DNA of 64,000 nucleotides. Source: the human T2T-CHM13v2.0 reference genome, Homo sapiens. The notes below the pieces were generated by a model that saw only the letters and a list, made by a program, of their open reading frames with translations, ran no database searches and was not told where the DNA came from. The stretch lies in assembly GCF_009914755.1 (NCBI RefSeq), contig NC_060933.1; one strand, given 5' to 3'. Every line of letters begins with the position of its first letter. Position 1 is the stretch's first letter. Of the stretch, positions 40,761 to 58,745 are shown piece by piece. Made by a program: the position numbers and the translations under genes.

Positions 40761-41748
40761 CATCACATTGATTTTTATGGGGCCGGGGACCTACATGGAG
40801 CCTTGCTTTCCTGATTGAGTTTTTTGTTCCTCTCCCTGCCCAGGGGTGGAGGGTGAGAGGCTGGGGGTGAAGGGACAGGCAGGTGCAATTCCATTTTACC
40901 GCTGGGCGGAGCAAGACTCATGAGACATCAAAGGCAGAGAGATTCAAATTCTGACTGAAGAATAACTGCTTCAACTAATCTGGGAACACTACACTCTGTT
41001 TAATTTTCATTTAATATGTATTATATGCCGTTTAAGTTTTATAACAGTAGTTGTTTTAACGAAGTCTACACTCTTCAGAGTTGTAGCTTTTCTTCTCAGC
41101 TGCCTCCTGACTTGCTGCACCTCTGGGAAAGCTGAAAAGGGATGCTGAGACCTGTGGTTGGGGGATGCTGGGCTAGGTCAATTTCTGAGGCACGGCCAGT
41201 TCTGATGTCCTGAGTGGAGCTTGCCAGGGTTTTTATATGCAAGACATCATTCAACATAACCCCATGAGGCATTTCACATATGGGGGAACTGAGGCACAGA
41301 GGTGAAATGAAGCAAGTCCCTCTCAGAGAACAACCATCTCCAAGTCCCTTTGATTTCTACTCAAGTCTTAGGTCAATTCTTAGACAGCCTTTGTGGCAAT
41401 TTCAGTGTTTTCTCAGTGTATCATTCAGTACTGTGTGTTGAGCCGCTGCTCTGTAGCAGGCATACCTCTAGGCTCGGGGACATAGCAGTGAATGGAACAG
41501 AAAAATAAGTTCCTGTGCTCATGGAGCTTGCATTTTACTGGGGGGAGACAGACAAACATATAAGCCTGTAAAGATAGTATTTGGGATGTGAGATAGAGAA
41601 GGAGTAAAGCAGGGTAGCGGGGATAGAGAGTGTTGGGGTGGGAAGGGTTGCAATTTTTTAAAGGGTGGTCAGGGAAGGCCTTGCTGAGACAGTGGCTTTT
41701 GAGACCCAGCAGAGGTGAGGGAGTGAGCTGAGGATAGGCGGGACGTGA

Positions 41749-43482
<1,734 letters not shown>

Positions 43483-43613
43483 GAGCAGCTGTCAGGGAGG
43501 CCCAGTCACAGTCCAGCAATTCCACAACCACCTTGACCAATGCTTGCCAAGCTGTTTTAAAGCCAAGAACACCCTTTCTTTGTTCCAAATTAACTCTTAG
43601 AAGAAACCCCACA

Positions 43614-43619
43614 AATAAA
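43614..43619 (+). terminator. Proximal AATAAA poly(A) signal of ALDH1B1
   Basis: AATAAA about 130 nt after the stop codon. Confidence 0.6.
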
Positions 43620-44059
43620 GCAATTCAATCAAGGCTGTTCTATTTAAATCAGAGATGGGGACCAGGCTCAGAGTTCTACCTATCTAACCCCCAACCACAG
43701 CCCCCTTGGTGGCCCATGAGTTGCTTCCATGAAATCTTAGGAGTCTCTGGAGGACAGATTAAAAACCAGTGATCTGTAATTTGTAGCTCTTCCTGCTGAT
43801 CCAAGGACTTTCCCATGGGTGCGCTTGATGGTTTAGTGGATCGACTCAACTCAGAACACAAGCTTGGAAAGTGTTAGGGGTTTTGAACTAGGTGGATACT
43901 AAATCTCGGCCCCACTCTTCATTGGCTTAACCTAAAAACCAGAGGTGCTTTTCCTTGTCTGTGTGCCAGTTGCTGGCTGTTTTAGTTGCTTGCCCTTCAT
44001 TTTGCTACTGATTTTCCTTAATTTGTGGGAAGGAGTAGGCAAAGAATATGCTTACATGA

Positions 44060-44794
<735 letters not shown>

Positions 44795-44814
44795 ATGAAT
44801 TAACTCCGTTAAAA

Positions 44815-44820
44815 AATAAA
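44815..44820 (+). terminator. Distal AATAAA poly(A) signal of ALDH1B1 (long 3'UTR ends ~44840)
   Basis: AATAAA followed by T/GT-rich sequence (ccattttgtctccatattgtc). Consistent with a ~3 kb mRNA. Confidence 0.7.
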
Positions 44821-45370
44821 CGTATACATTCTGTGAGCAAATCCATTTTGTCTCCATATTGTCCTGCTGCTGAACATTTTGTAGAGTGTGGGGGATGGAA
44901 GGGACCCAGGTGGTCTAGTCAACCCCCAGTCAGGTGCAAAAGTCCCCTCCCCAATGTTTCTGTTTTTGTTTTCTCTTGGATGGGTGACAAAGTGCAACTG
45001 TAAGACCCATAGAGAAAAACTCTGGTTCCTGCTCAGAATGGGCCCATCTTGTTGGACTCGTTTCCACAGCCCCCCACCCCTTCCAAACCATACCCACCCT
45101 TCAAGCCAAGCCTAGCATGGGGGCCACCTTGACATGCTGGGGATTTCCAGAGTTTCAAACCTCAGAGTTCATAATGTTTATTGTTAGTCTTGCTACATTC
45201 ATTCCCCAACTGATGGGAGTGAAGGCAAATCCAAGCCAGCCAGGCCACAATACAGAAGCAGAATGCTGAGCCTCCCTCTCTCGGTCCATCTTTCTAGACC
45301 ATGCTGCTTACAAGCCACCTTACGTTCAAGTCCCCCCATTCCTGTAAATGCACACCCCACTCATCTCTGC

Positions 45371-45853
<483 letters not shown>

Positions 45854-46139
45854 TAAACGCACTGGGACGTGGAAATGGGCGGCTGGGTGTCTCTAATGAT
45901 TAAGGTGCAACATCACAATATTTTAACAACTCCATTCCTTATTTAAGTTTCAATACTCCTTAACCAAAGACGAGCTCTGTAGACAGTGTTCCAGTATGGA
46001 ATGGGATTGGAAAAGACAATCTTCATGGTCCCTTGTTTTGAGCCCTGAAATTCTGAGAGTGAGGAGCCTGTAGGTCAGATTGTTAATAAACTCAGCCATC
46101 ACGGCTCCTCCACCCATTTTTAAATTCTTTTAAAAATTT

Positions 46140-46457
<318 letters not shown>

Positions 46458-47294
46458 TCCCCTCCACTCATTTTACCACTGTGCTGAATGCACAGACTTG
46501 TGAGCAGGGAGGTTTAACTGGGTGTCCTCATTCAGGCCAGACACTGCCCACCAGACTCACACTTGGGAGATGTTGCAATTCTGGGGCTTCCATCCACTTA
46601 GCAAACTCTCACCAAGATCTTACTCCATAAACACTATGCCAGGCACCTTGCCATGCTATGGAAGCCTCACAACCATCCTATAAAGCAGGTAGTGGAGTAA
46701 TGGAGTTACCACCCCACTTTTTTCAGGTGAGGGAAAGGAAGTGGAGAGGTTTAATAGGGAACTCTTCTGGAATCAGTTCCCCATGAGCATGCACGAGGGA
46801 CCAGAGAGCGGCGCATACTGGCAAGCACATGGAACCAACCCTCCAAGCCTGGAGAACCCACGGCAAAGCCCAGCAAGCCCTACACACCCAAGCCAGCCAC
46901 TGTGCTGGATGCATCAGAGCTGCTGCTCAGTCCCACCGGTTCTCCTCAGACCCGGGGCCATTTAGGAACTTTCATTTGGGTTGGCTCCATTCTGGGTGTG
47001 AGGCTGACCTCTGGTGGCCACCTGATTCATTAATTCACACAAGTAACTCTTTGGTTTAAGAAAAAACAAAGGGGTTGGGTGGGGGGCGATGGTCCTGCTC
47101 TAGGCCTATTGTTGGGGGAAAGAGAATTGAGTAAGACAGTCCCTTCCCTGCAGGAGCTCACAGTTGGGCAGGGGAGACAATTACAGAGCCGGGTGGACAG
47201 TGCAGTGAGAAGCACAGAGGCCGTGAGATCATGAGCGGAAAGCAAGCCTCTGTATCAAGCACACACGGTGGGCCACCTCCCTTCATGCTTCTTT

Positions 47295-47468
47295 CTTTTT
47301 TTTAATTTCGTGATGGAGTCTCGCTCTGTCTACCAGGCTGGAGTGCAGTGGCGCAATCTTGGCTCACTGCAACCTCTGCCTCCTGGGTGCCTCCTGAGTA
47401 GCTGGGATTACAAGCAGACACCACCACGTCCGGCTAATTTTTGTAGTTTTAGTAGAGACAGGGTTTCA
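47295..47468 (-). mobile_element. Partial Alu with internal deletion
   Basis: Right arm and linker only. Confidence 0.8.
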
Positions 47469-47871
47469 CTTTCTAACTGCCATCAGGGCCCTCAGTATTA
47501 TTCTTCTGCACTTGATAGACATCAAGCCTGGGAGGTGTTCAGCAGTGAGTGGAGACAGGCTCAAGCTCAGGTCCTCTGATTCTGCCAGACACCGCTGCCT
47601 CCCAGGGCTCCCAGCTCAGTTCAGGCACAGGCCCAGTGGGAGTGGGCATGGGGTCCTGCTAAATGACTAGCAGGGGACCAGAGGGATAAGGGAAGGATGC
47701 TCCTGGAGTCTGAGAAATATGGAGGGTTGGAGGAAGGGCAAGTTTTTCCATGAGGAGGAAAGAGGCAGGGAGGAAAAGCATGGGGGCAGGGGGCAGGCAG
47801 GGGCTGGACTGTGAAGGGGCTCGTGCATCCTTTCAGAAAGCTCACACTTGGTCTAGCAATGGGAGGGTGCT

Positions 47872-48180
<309 letters not shown>

Positions 48181-49736
48181 GCCCCCGAGGGCTTTTAAAG
48201 GAAAGTGATAGGATCACATTCGGTTTCTGAAGCTGGCTCTGCTTCAATGTGGAGGATAGATTGAGGGAGTTGACCTGGAGTCAGCACCTCTCAGGACATT
48301 GTTGCTTGCGCCCAAAGTGATGCTGGCACACCAGGGTGTGGGGTGGGGGCAGAGTCTGGACAGCCAGAAGGCAGGCTTCAGGGCATGATGACAGATGGAC
48401 AACTTGGCACAAGAGAGGAGAGAAAGTTGGGTAACCTCATGTTTCTGGCTGCAGTAACCACGTGGGGGGTAGTGCCAGCCACTGCAACCACCCTGGAGGT
48501 TGCACGTTTAGGGACACGGTGGGACTCTTACTTATGTATTCCTTTGTTTAACACATTTTATGGAATGTTGTCTATGTGCTAGGAACTATTCTAGGGGCAG
48601 AGGATACAGCAGGAAACTAAAAAAAAAATAAAATCCTGAACATCCTTTCTGATAGAAGAGGCAGACCATATGCAAAACAGGTGAAATCGTTAGTCTGTCA
48701 GGAGGTGAAGGGTATTATAGAGAACAACAGTGCTGGGAAGGGAATAGGGAAGTGGGTGGGATGGAGTAGACATTGTAATTTTCAGTAAGGTGCTCAGAGG
48801 TCGTCTCACCAAGAGACTGGAGCATGCCTGGAGGCTCCAGGAACACAGGAGAAGGCCAGGTGGCTGGCATGGAGCAAGCCAGGTGGGGAAATAGGACAGA
48901 GAAGTCACAGCCTGAGGGGGGCAGAGGGCTGGTGTTTGGAGGTCACCGTGTGGATGGACTGACGGGGGCCTTTACTCTGAGGAAGGAGCCACCAGAGGCT
49001 TTTGGGCACAGCGGCAACATGATATGACTTGTTTTAAAAGGATCACTGGGGCCGCTATGTTGAGAACAGTTTGTAAGGGGAGCAAAATCATTTGACCTTA
49101 AGAATGCCAACAAGGAGTGAACAGAGAATGAGGAGGAGCAGGAGGAAGACCCAGGAGAGATGAGGCAAGAAGCCAAGGAAGGCGGGGTACTTTCCGGGGG
49201 AGGGAGCCCCCAGCAAAGCCTGAGGCTCCCAAGAGGTCAAGTAGGAGGAGCACTGAGCAATGTCCCTGGCTGCAGCCACCAGGACTCCCTGTAGACCTTG
49301 GTAAGAGCAGGTGGTGGAGTTGGGCACAGAAGCCAGAAAACCTGGGTTGAGAGTGTCACTTAATCCTCCCAAGCGCCAATGATCTGTACATTAGTCCTGG
49401 AGTTAGGAAGACCCTCAAGGGAAAGCAAGAAGTCCTGGTATGAGGCCCTTTGAGAGCCTCTGGTGCATCCCACCTCACTTAGCCAGAAATGTGGACAGAG
49501 CAACTTGGACAAGTTGCTCCCAGCCAAGCGTTCTTCCCATGTGTACTGGCATAATGTTAGCCGCCACAACAAATAACCCCCCAAATTTGAGGGTTCAATA
49601 CGACGACTATTTAGTTTTGCTTATGTAACAGTCTAATGCAGGTACCTGGCAAATTGGTATTTTCCTTCCACATGGAGATTCAGGGACACCGGTTCCTTTC
49701 GTCTTGTGGTTCCACCATGTACAACGGTTCTTAACC

Positions 49737-50039
49737 TTTTTTTTTTTTTTTTTTTGAGACGGAGCCTTTGCTCTGTTGCCCAGGCTGGAGTACAGTGGCG
49801 CGATCTCGGTTCACTGCAACCTCTGCTTCCTGGGTTCAAGCAATTCCCCCTGCCTCAGTCTCCCGAGTAGCTGGGATTACAGGTGCCTACCACCATGCCC
49901 GACTAATTTTTGTATTTTTAGTAGAGACACAGTTTCACCATGTTGGCCAGGCTGGTCTCGAACTCCTGACCTCAGGTGATCTGCCGGCCTCGGCCTCCCA
50001 AAGTGCTGGGATTACAGGCATGAGCCACCGCACCTGGCC
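49737..50039 (-). mobile_element. AluS
   Basis: TSD gttcttaacc. Confidence 0.92.
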
Positions 50040-52720
50040 TGTTCTTAACCATTTTTATGTTTTGCGTTCCTTTGAAAAGCTAATCAAAGCAATAGACCTT
50101 TTCACCATGAAAAGGATGTACACGCACATGCACACAGTTTGCACACTTTCAAGGAGTTCACAGAATCTGTGAATCTACCTATAGAATCCCAAGGGGTCCA
50201 GGGATCCAAGTGAAAACCCCTGTCTGGGGCCTCAGAGATCTCCGTGTCAGCTGGTAAATGGGGAAGAAAGTGCAGAAAAGGCACAGTGACTTTTTGAGAG
50301 CCCTGGGCTCTGCATGGAACACATCGCCTCTACTCACATTTCACTAGCTACATGACCCAGCCTAGGTGCAAGAGGAGACGGGAAGTATAGTCTGTGACAG
50401 GACAGTTCAACACTGTGGAAGACCCTCGGTTTTGCTGGCAGTTCGCCCCAGCTCTGCCGCCCATGGCACGTCCGTGGAGATATGCCAACAGGAGACTGCT
50501 TCTCACAAGGATGTTTTTTGAGTTTAATGCTCTCGTGGGTCATTTGCTGCCTCCCATCCAGCCGTGCTCACACTGTTCCTTTTTCTTGGAGCCCTACTTA
50601 AGGGCCACCCCCTCCAGGACAGTTCCTCTGAACTTCTCATTTAAGCAATCTCACCCTTTGAGCTAACCTTTTGCGCTAACAGCTGTGGCAGCACATGCTC
50701 TCTTAGCCTCTGAAGAGGTCTCTGGGCACCCTTCATTTAGTCTTGTACTGAGGCAGCTCTCGTTGGTTGAAACGGGTCTAATGTTTTTGTCCTGCTAGAC
50801 TATGTCTCACATACTCTGAGCATGTTTGATTTATCTCCCAGCCCTCTCCCACCGGCACACAGCCCTCCAAGATCTGTGCAGAACAGACAGTGCATGGCCA
50901 TTCACACATGGGGCTCTCAGAGCAACAGGCCAGGGCAGGGATGCCACCCTTCCTGGATTGAAGAGGAAATGGAAACTCTAAGAGTTGATGAAAGTGACCC
51001 AGCCTTGCAATCTCTGACAAGGCTTGACCTTAGTTCTGGGTCTTCCAACTCTAAAGCTAGTGCCCTTTCCACCCAAGCAAGAGCTGCATACACCTTCAAC
51101 AGCAGAGAGACGGGGCATGCCACTTGGCACCACAAGCAGCCTTCTGTGCCGGAGCTGAGACTCCGAGGTCTGTGGGCAATTGTAGACCCTTTGCTACCTG
51201 GCGATGCCTGGTGCACTGGAGGAGCTCTGCAAATGTGTGATGGGTGGGTTTATGCATGGAGAAAAGAGGGGAGACTGTTCCCCCACTCCCTAGTACTCAG
51301 GATTTTTACTCTTCCCTCGAGAATCAACCGTTCCCTAATATAGGAGGGGAGATGTAGGCATGAGGAAGAGACAGCCACAGTGAAAGTCAACACAGGGAAG
51401 TCTGCCTCCTTGGACCCACGCACTTCTCACTGCTGGATGCAATCGAGGCTGAACTGAAAAGGAGCCCTGGCCGTAAACGAGTTCACGTTCCAGGAGAGCG
51501 GTCAGCCCCAGAGAGCCAGAGCGTGGGCAAGTGTTGGTGTCCATCTCAGCCCTGGGCACTGGGCTTCCACGTTCTGAATTCATTAAACTGAGACACCAGA
51601 GCACCTGGCTTTCCCTTAATTAATTAAAATATCATGGAATAATCATTGTCTGATGTAATGTTCAAGAAGCCCTCGTAAAGGCTGGGAAGGAGGAAATTCA
51701 TTAGCGGAGACTTTTACTGTCGCTGGATCTGCCGTTCTTATTCATTTCTCCTGCACCATCCGTCCCTGGAGGAGAGGGCAGGACAGTGTTTTTAAAGATG
51801 TTGGAATTAATTTCACCATAAAACCTGAAAGAAAAAAAAATCCACCTTAACTAAAAACTAGCCTTATTTGTGTTTAAGGGGGAAAGCAGATACATTTGGG
51901 ATTGAACATGGGCTGTGGAATTGTCTTCCTCAAGCCCAGCTGACAACAGAGACAGAGATTCAGTCTGTCCACTGCTTACGGCAACAAGTTCAACCTCCTC
52001 TGTCTGCATTGAGGGGTGTTGCCCCAAACTACTACCCGCCCACCACCATAGCTCTGAGCAGCAGCAACTGGCCATTCCTCCCTGTTCACAAACTACACTG
52101 CATTTTTCTACCCCGACTCCTTTTTGCATGCTGTTTCCTTAGCCTGGAATCCCCCACACCCACTCCTGCCAGTTCAAATGCCTGCCTCCTCTTCTGGGAA
52201 GTCTTCCTTGATCTCCCTCTGCTCTAACCACAAAGCAGACACCATATGCTGCCAGGGATGGTGACCTCATCCCACCCATGTCTCCACTGGAGTCTGAGTT
52301 CAGGACCTGATTCTACCTACTTTCATATGGGAGGAATCCAGATGATTCCAAACATATGACTTTCGGCATCTTGTACCTGTCTGGCACCTGGAGAATGCTA
52401 CTGTGTGTGTGGGAGGGGACAGAGCACTATCTCAGCAAGTGAATTAAGTACTAGAATGCGTACACGGCAGGACACACATAGTCAAGGGCAGTAGTGTAAG
52501 ATGATTAGGGCTGGTTAAAAATTTCGGGCAAGGTGAACGGTGGGGCTGCGATCGCAACCAGGCGTGGGAGGTAAGGAGGATCTAGACTAAGTAGCTGAAG
52601 TGGGCATGCAGAAGGAAGGACAGGAGGCATGAGGGATGATAAAGGAATACCAGTGGGACCTGCACCCACCTATACAGCATTCCTACAACAAAGACACCAC
52701 AAAGACTGTCCTTAAAAACA

Positions 52721-52726
52721 TTTATT
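52721..52726 (-). terminator. IGFBPL1 AATAAA poly(A) signal
   Basis: TTTATT on plus; downstream on minus is GT/T-rich (gtctttgtggtgtctttgttgt). Confidence 0.75.
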
Positions 52727-54310
52727 TTTTTCAGGGTGCAGGGGTCGTGACATCATGACATCTACAAAAACGGTAGAAAAACCCAGGTTTGGTGCGGGGA
52801 GTGGGGGCATTGTAATTACGTCTCCAAATGCTAACAGCTGTGGCAGCGCATGCTCTCTTAGCCTCTGAAGAGGTCTCTGGGCGCTCACACTTGAAAAACC
52901 ATGAGGTTGGAACAATCATGTTAATGCGCCTTTTTGGTTTTGGTGAAAATTTCAGACAGTGTGACATTAATTATTTGTCTTTGCACAGAATGATGATGCT
53001 AAAGCCAGCCCCATACAGTCCTGATGCTCAGTACTTCCAGCATGGGCTCTGTCCACCCTGCTCTCTGGGTCTACATCCAGCCCTTCAGTTTTCACTAGGC
53101 AAATCTGAGGTGAGTCAACTGAGTTTGCAAAATGTGCTTATTAGCAGGTGTGGGATGTTCTACTACCTTCTTCAGAGCCACAGCATTCCTGTTCCTTCCC
53201 ACATCATTTCACTAAGGGTCTGACCAACTCATCTCCCAACCATTCAAGACACAGGAGAATTAACTGCAGGCCTTCACACATGGAAGTCAGTCACAGTGCG
53301 TGGAGAAGGGAGGGGCGGGAGGGGCTGAGTGAGGAGTGGATGTGAGCAGGTCCCCTGGCAGCTCCAAACCCCAGTAGACAAGAACAGCTTCCAGTGCCAT
53401 CCATTTCAATTCTCATCTTTTGTTTTCAAAGAGAGCTTCCAGTGTTTTAAAGTTTGAAAACCACTCATCTAGTTTTATTCCCTTTTTACTCAAATAAGGA
53501 CACTGAGGCACAGAAAGTGAAGGAGACTTGCTCAGGGTCACACAGCGAGCCGGGGATTAATATGCAAATGGATCTCATGTTTCCAGAATCCCAGGCCAGT
53601 CTCCTTCTGCTGCATAGTACAGAAGGTGATGCCATCCCAATATATTAGACATGGAATGGCAGGCTTACAGGCGGAAAGTTCACTTCCAACAAGGACTCCA
53701 AAATGTAATGCACAATGTGAGCGGTGTGAAAGTGTGCCTTAAAAGTTGGGATGAGTCTTGATAAGAGTCCCTGAAGCCTGTGGATTGGCAACATCTGCCT
53801 TTACATAGTTTTGAGATGACCCTGAGTAGCAGCACCGTGGAGTAGAGAGGGGACCAAGGAGGGCCAGGTGCCCTGAGCTCTGCTCCTCTTTCAGAGGCCT
53901 TCAGGCCTTGGGCAAGTAGCTTCTCCTCTCAGAGCCTGGTTTCTTCATCTGCTAAAGGCAGGGACATTAACACCTGTCCTGCCCCATCTCCCAGAGTTGG
54001 GATCAAGCTTTATGAACTTAAAGGACTGTGCATAGTAAGGGCTCTCAATTCTTATTTTAAAATTGTAATCACCTAAGGATCTATTTTTTTAAGATAAGAT
54101 AGCAAATATTCTCCTTTCTTTTTTCATTAAAAAAGAAAAAAAAGAGAGCCTTACTCTTGGGTGAGGTCAAAATGTTTGTAGGTAAAATATATTCTACTAC
54201 AATCTAATTCCACAGTCTGGAGATAACACCTGACCCCTTTTTTTACAATTTGATCGTCAGAAGCCTGGTATCCACCGCTTCTAACCACCTGTTTAGAGAA
54301 TGCTAGGCTA

Positions 54311-54625
54311 GGCCAAGCACAGTGGCTGATGCCTATAATCCCAGCACTTTGGGAGGCCAAGGCAGGAGGATCATTTGAGCATAGGAATTTGAGACCAGCC
54401 TGGGCGGCAACATAGGGAGACCCTGTCTCTACAAAAAAAAAAAAAAAAAAAAAAAAAATAGCTGGGTGTGGTGGGGCATGCCTGTGGTCCCAGCTACTCA
54501 GGAGGCTGAGGTGGAACGATCACTCGAGCCCAGAAAGTGGAGGTTGCAGTGAGCCATGATCACGCCACTGCACTCCAGCCTGGGTGATAGAGCGAGACCC
54601 TGTCTCAAAATAAAATTTTAAAAAA
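54311..54625 (+). mobile_element. AluJ in the IGFBPL1 3'UTR (antisense to the transcript) with an expanded central A-tract
   Basis: TSD agagaatgctaggcta. Confidence 0.9.
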
Positions 54626-56379
54626 GAGAATGCTAGGCTAACAAATGGATGCTCTGGTCTCCAAAGACCCAGCCAAGGCGCTCCTGAGTCTGGTAAAGCA
54701 TCCCACCTAAAACTAAATCTCCTTCAAAGGGAAAAAGTTAGGAATAGAAGAGCTACAGCCAGCTGTCCACACGTTGGGGTAAAGCAATGGAATTTGTTTC
54801 TGAGGGAATACCATTTTAGAAAGAACACTAAGACCACACTTCCTGTTATTTTCCCAAAAGGCCATCTTAATCTAGGATGGCAGGGCTAAAAGGGACATTG
54901 ATAACATCCAGTTAAAATGCCATACTCACAGATGAAGGGACCAGGGCCCAGAGAGGGGAAGGGATCTGTTCAGGTCACACAGCAAGTTACAGTCAGGCAG
55001 AGGACAGCTGGGACCCTCATCCCTCCTTCTACAACACACACTAAGTCACAGAGCACCACTAATAGGTCATAGACAAATGAGGTAAAGAGTCACAGCTGAC
55101 ACGAGCCCTTTCGAAATTGCAAACATGCCGTTCTGTGATCTCCCTGGAAGAGAATAATTACAAAAAGACTTCTCATGGAACAATTCATTTCAAAAGTATA
55201 AAAAAGCCACATGCAAATCCGTTTCTCACTGTTTGCCCTGCTAAAAACTACATCTGCATACAGATCTAGTTTGCATCTAATTTTTAAAAACACACAAAAG
55301 GGGTCATCTACACACACAGGTTTTCCAACTCTTCATGAAGCACAAAGATCCGTTATTTGACTTTTCCATCATCCCATGATCAATGTTTCTAAGACCCTAG
55401 GAAGAAAAGGAGAGAAAGAATTAGAGAACGTAAGCCTGCTCCGTTACAATCAACTATGTGTTACATGGAAGGTGGGGGAAATGATCCTTCACTTCGAATC
55501 TCTCCCCAGCAGGAAATGGTGCCAGTGGAGAGTGAAGGGCCCTGTGGAGTCCCAAGAAGTACTTTTAAGACCAAAAGGTGGACGTTTCAAAGCAGCAGAC
55601 TCCAGCTTAATAAGATCTTTTCAACCATTGGAAAATCCACAGATGGCTCTCAGTGGTAGTGAGCTCTGTATCCCTGGAGGTATGTAAGCCAGAGCTGGCA
55701 ATACTGTGTGTCACAGAAGGAACTCAAGACCTAGGCAGCAGTGATGCTCTTAAAATTCCACAATTTTTCATGGTATCCTTTTGATGTATTCACAACCCAG
55801 AATCATTTCTGCCTCAAAATATACGTGTATTTGAAAATTATAGATATATATATTTAAAACTGGAAACATATCTATATAAAACAAGTCACATATCATCAGG
55901 AAGACAATTTTAAGACCCAATCTCCTAACTCTTTGTTGAATTCCTATTTCACAGTTTTACATTTTCATATTTTTCTCCCCATTTCTAGGGCCTCTAACTA
56001 CTCACGTACACCCATCCTTCAATCCTCATGCCACCTCCTCGATGATTCTTCCTTCATTTTCCCCAGTTCTAAGCTGCTTTTCATGCCTTAATATCTCCTC
56101 CCATTCCCTTACATCGCACTCCTTGTATTATAATTATGTCCACTTTTTGTTTTTCTGTGATCCCCTACAGACCAGAAGTAAGGCCTTGCACACAGAAGGT
56201 GTGCAACAGTAGTGGCTGAAAGAATAATATAACTAAAACCATGGCAAAATCCCCCTGCTTTTGAGAAACCCTATCAGACTTGTTTCTAATTTTTCCTGTT
56301 CTATTAAGCACCTGTTGATCAGCCTTGGTAATGGTGCCTGTTCACCACTGCTCCCCCATTCCTGTAAGAGGATCGTGCA

Positions 56380-56874
<495 letters not shown>

Positions 56875-57579
56875 TCAACGTCTGTGGCTGTGAACCAGCA
56901 AGATTTTGGGATTTTTATGAGCAAAAGCTGGCTTATAAAGTGATCCCTTTCCCGAATTCCCAGTTCACCTGTAGGCAAGGAACAGATGCAACCCCAGCTG
57001 TCACCTGTGTGACTACAGACTAGGAGGCCTTGACCAGAGGGGATGCAGAGATTCTCTCTGCCCCTACCCACAAGGAGATGTGTTGCAAAGCAGCACACAG
57101 TGCTGAGGACAGGAAGGCAAGGCCTGAGCCCCAGGAAGGAAGCTCAGGTGTCCTGAACAAGGAAGAGCTCCAGGAACACACAAAGGAAGCTCAGGCATCT
57201 TCTTTGTGGGAACATTTTCACATGGACGCTGTCACAATGACACTGTCTGCTACCTCTCTCAGTGCTCTTTCTAGAAGAATACAGAGGAAATATTCCCTCC
57301 AGCCCCAAAACACAACTGGTCTTTTCATCTCATGGACACACATCATGTTCACAGCTCTTGTCTTTGCATGCTAAGAAGCTCAGAGGGAGATGTGTGCAGA
57401 ATATACCAGGGATTCTACTGCTCATCTAAGTATGTCCCTACTCTTCTTTTGCTCTTTCCCTGGTTTCCTCCATTTACGTATTTTTCTTCTTTTTTTTACA
57501 GGTCTTATAAGCCACCTCAAATATCTCATAACATGGGTGTAAAATACTGAAAATGACTTAGAACATGTACATTTCTCCA

Positions 57580-57729
57580 TCACATGCGGTCATCGGGAGC
57601 TGGGAAGTGGAAGCTCCTGTATTTACTCAGATCTAGAACCGTCACTGTGCTGTGGGACTCAGCCTCTCCCACCATGTTGGCTGCATGGCACTGGTACACA
57701 CCCTCATCCTCCTTTCGCAGGGGGTTGAT
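57580..57729 (-). CDS. IGFBPL1: IGFBPL1 last coding exon 4: INPLRKEDEGVYQCHAANMVGEAESHSTVTVLDLSKYRSFHFPAPDDRM*
   Basis: Acceptor gttgtatttctAG. Ig F-strand motif D-x-G-x-Y-x-C-x-A-x-N. TGA at 57582-57580. Confidence 0.96.
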   Translation of the reverse strand: MNPLRKEDEGVYQCHAANMVGEAESHSTVTVLDLSKYRSFHFPAPDDRM

Positions 57730-58745
57730 CTAGAAATACAACAGGCAAGTTTATACAGTTATATAAGGAACAGCAAAATGACTTCCTTAGTTAGTTCTTA
57801 ATGATAAGTCTGCACACTTCCTCCTTTTCAGAATAAGGTAAAACTTGCTCTATTTCTCTCCTTGCATTGGCTGCCAAGGAGCACGCAGGTAAATTTCCTT
57901 CCCAGGGACCCTCTTGAAAGGCACGCTCCCTATTGTGGCTCTCATCTGAATGATTCCTCCGCACACCTGCCTTTTACTGTGAGCTACCTGGTCTTTTGTA
58001 TTAAAGGTGCAAGGTATAGGTTATTTGGAAAACACCTCAAGTTAAAAGAAGAACAAAAATCTACTGACCAAAGAATGATCCAGAAAGTATTCCCTATAGG
58101 GGCAGCCTCTACAAAATACCACCAGAGATAACCTCTTTTCCCTGTCTTTTCTCCTAAGAAAATAGAGGAATGTGCTTGATTTGAAAAAACCGCACAGCCA
58201 ATTGCATTCCCAATCTCTCAGCTGGGTGGAGAAGAGTCACCAAGCCTCCCAGAGCTGTGGGTGGAATGAGGAGGTTGTCCTTAGGGAGCACCCCAAGGAT
58301 GTTCACAGCCAGGTCCATAACCAGCTCGCGTCTTTTTTGCTTTCTCGTTACAACCAACCGCTTCCATCAATTACAAATCATCCTACCGACCACGCGCTGG
58401 TGTACGCACATCAGCTCGTTTTAAACTCATGCCAGTCGTGGGGGAAGGGTGAGCATTATGGTCTTCTTTTTACAGGAGACTCACAGGTAAATCACAGACT
58501 GCCAGGGCCACAAAGGCCCTCAGAGGTCTTTCAGTTTGAAGCCCTCTTTCAACAACAGTGGAAATGGAGGCTCAGAAGGGTACAGTGACGACCCAACATG
58601 GACCCCTATCTCCTCATTCCATCACTCTTTCAAACATGTGGCATTCTTCATCTTGGTAAAAGTGCTGCGAGTGGCAGGAAAGAGCTCTGGAGGAGGACTC
58701 GAATGTGCCACCTTCTACCTTTACCAGCGGGTGACCTTAGGCAGG

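Larger units (their letters stand above)
52705..55396 (-). other. IGFBPL1: IGFBPL1 terminal 3'UTR exon
   Basis: Strong acceptor on the minus strand: CTAAT branch point + ttctttctctccttttcttcctAG (AG at 55398-55397). AATAAA on minus at 52726-52721. 3' end approximate. Confidence 0.75.
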
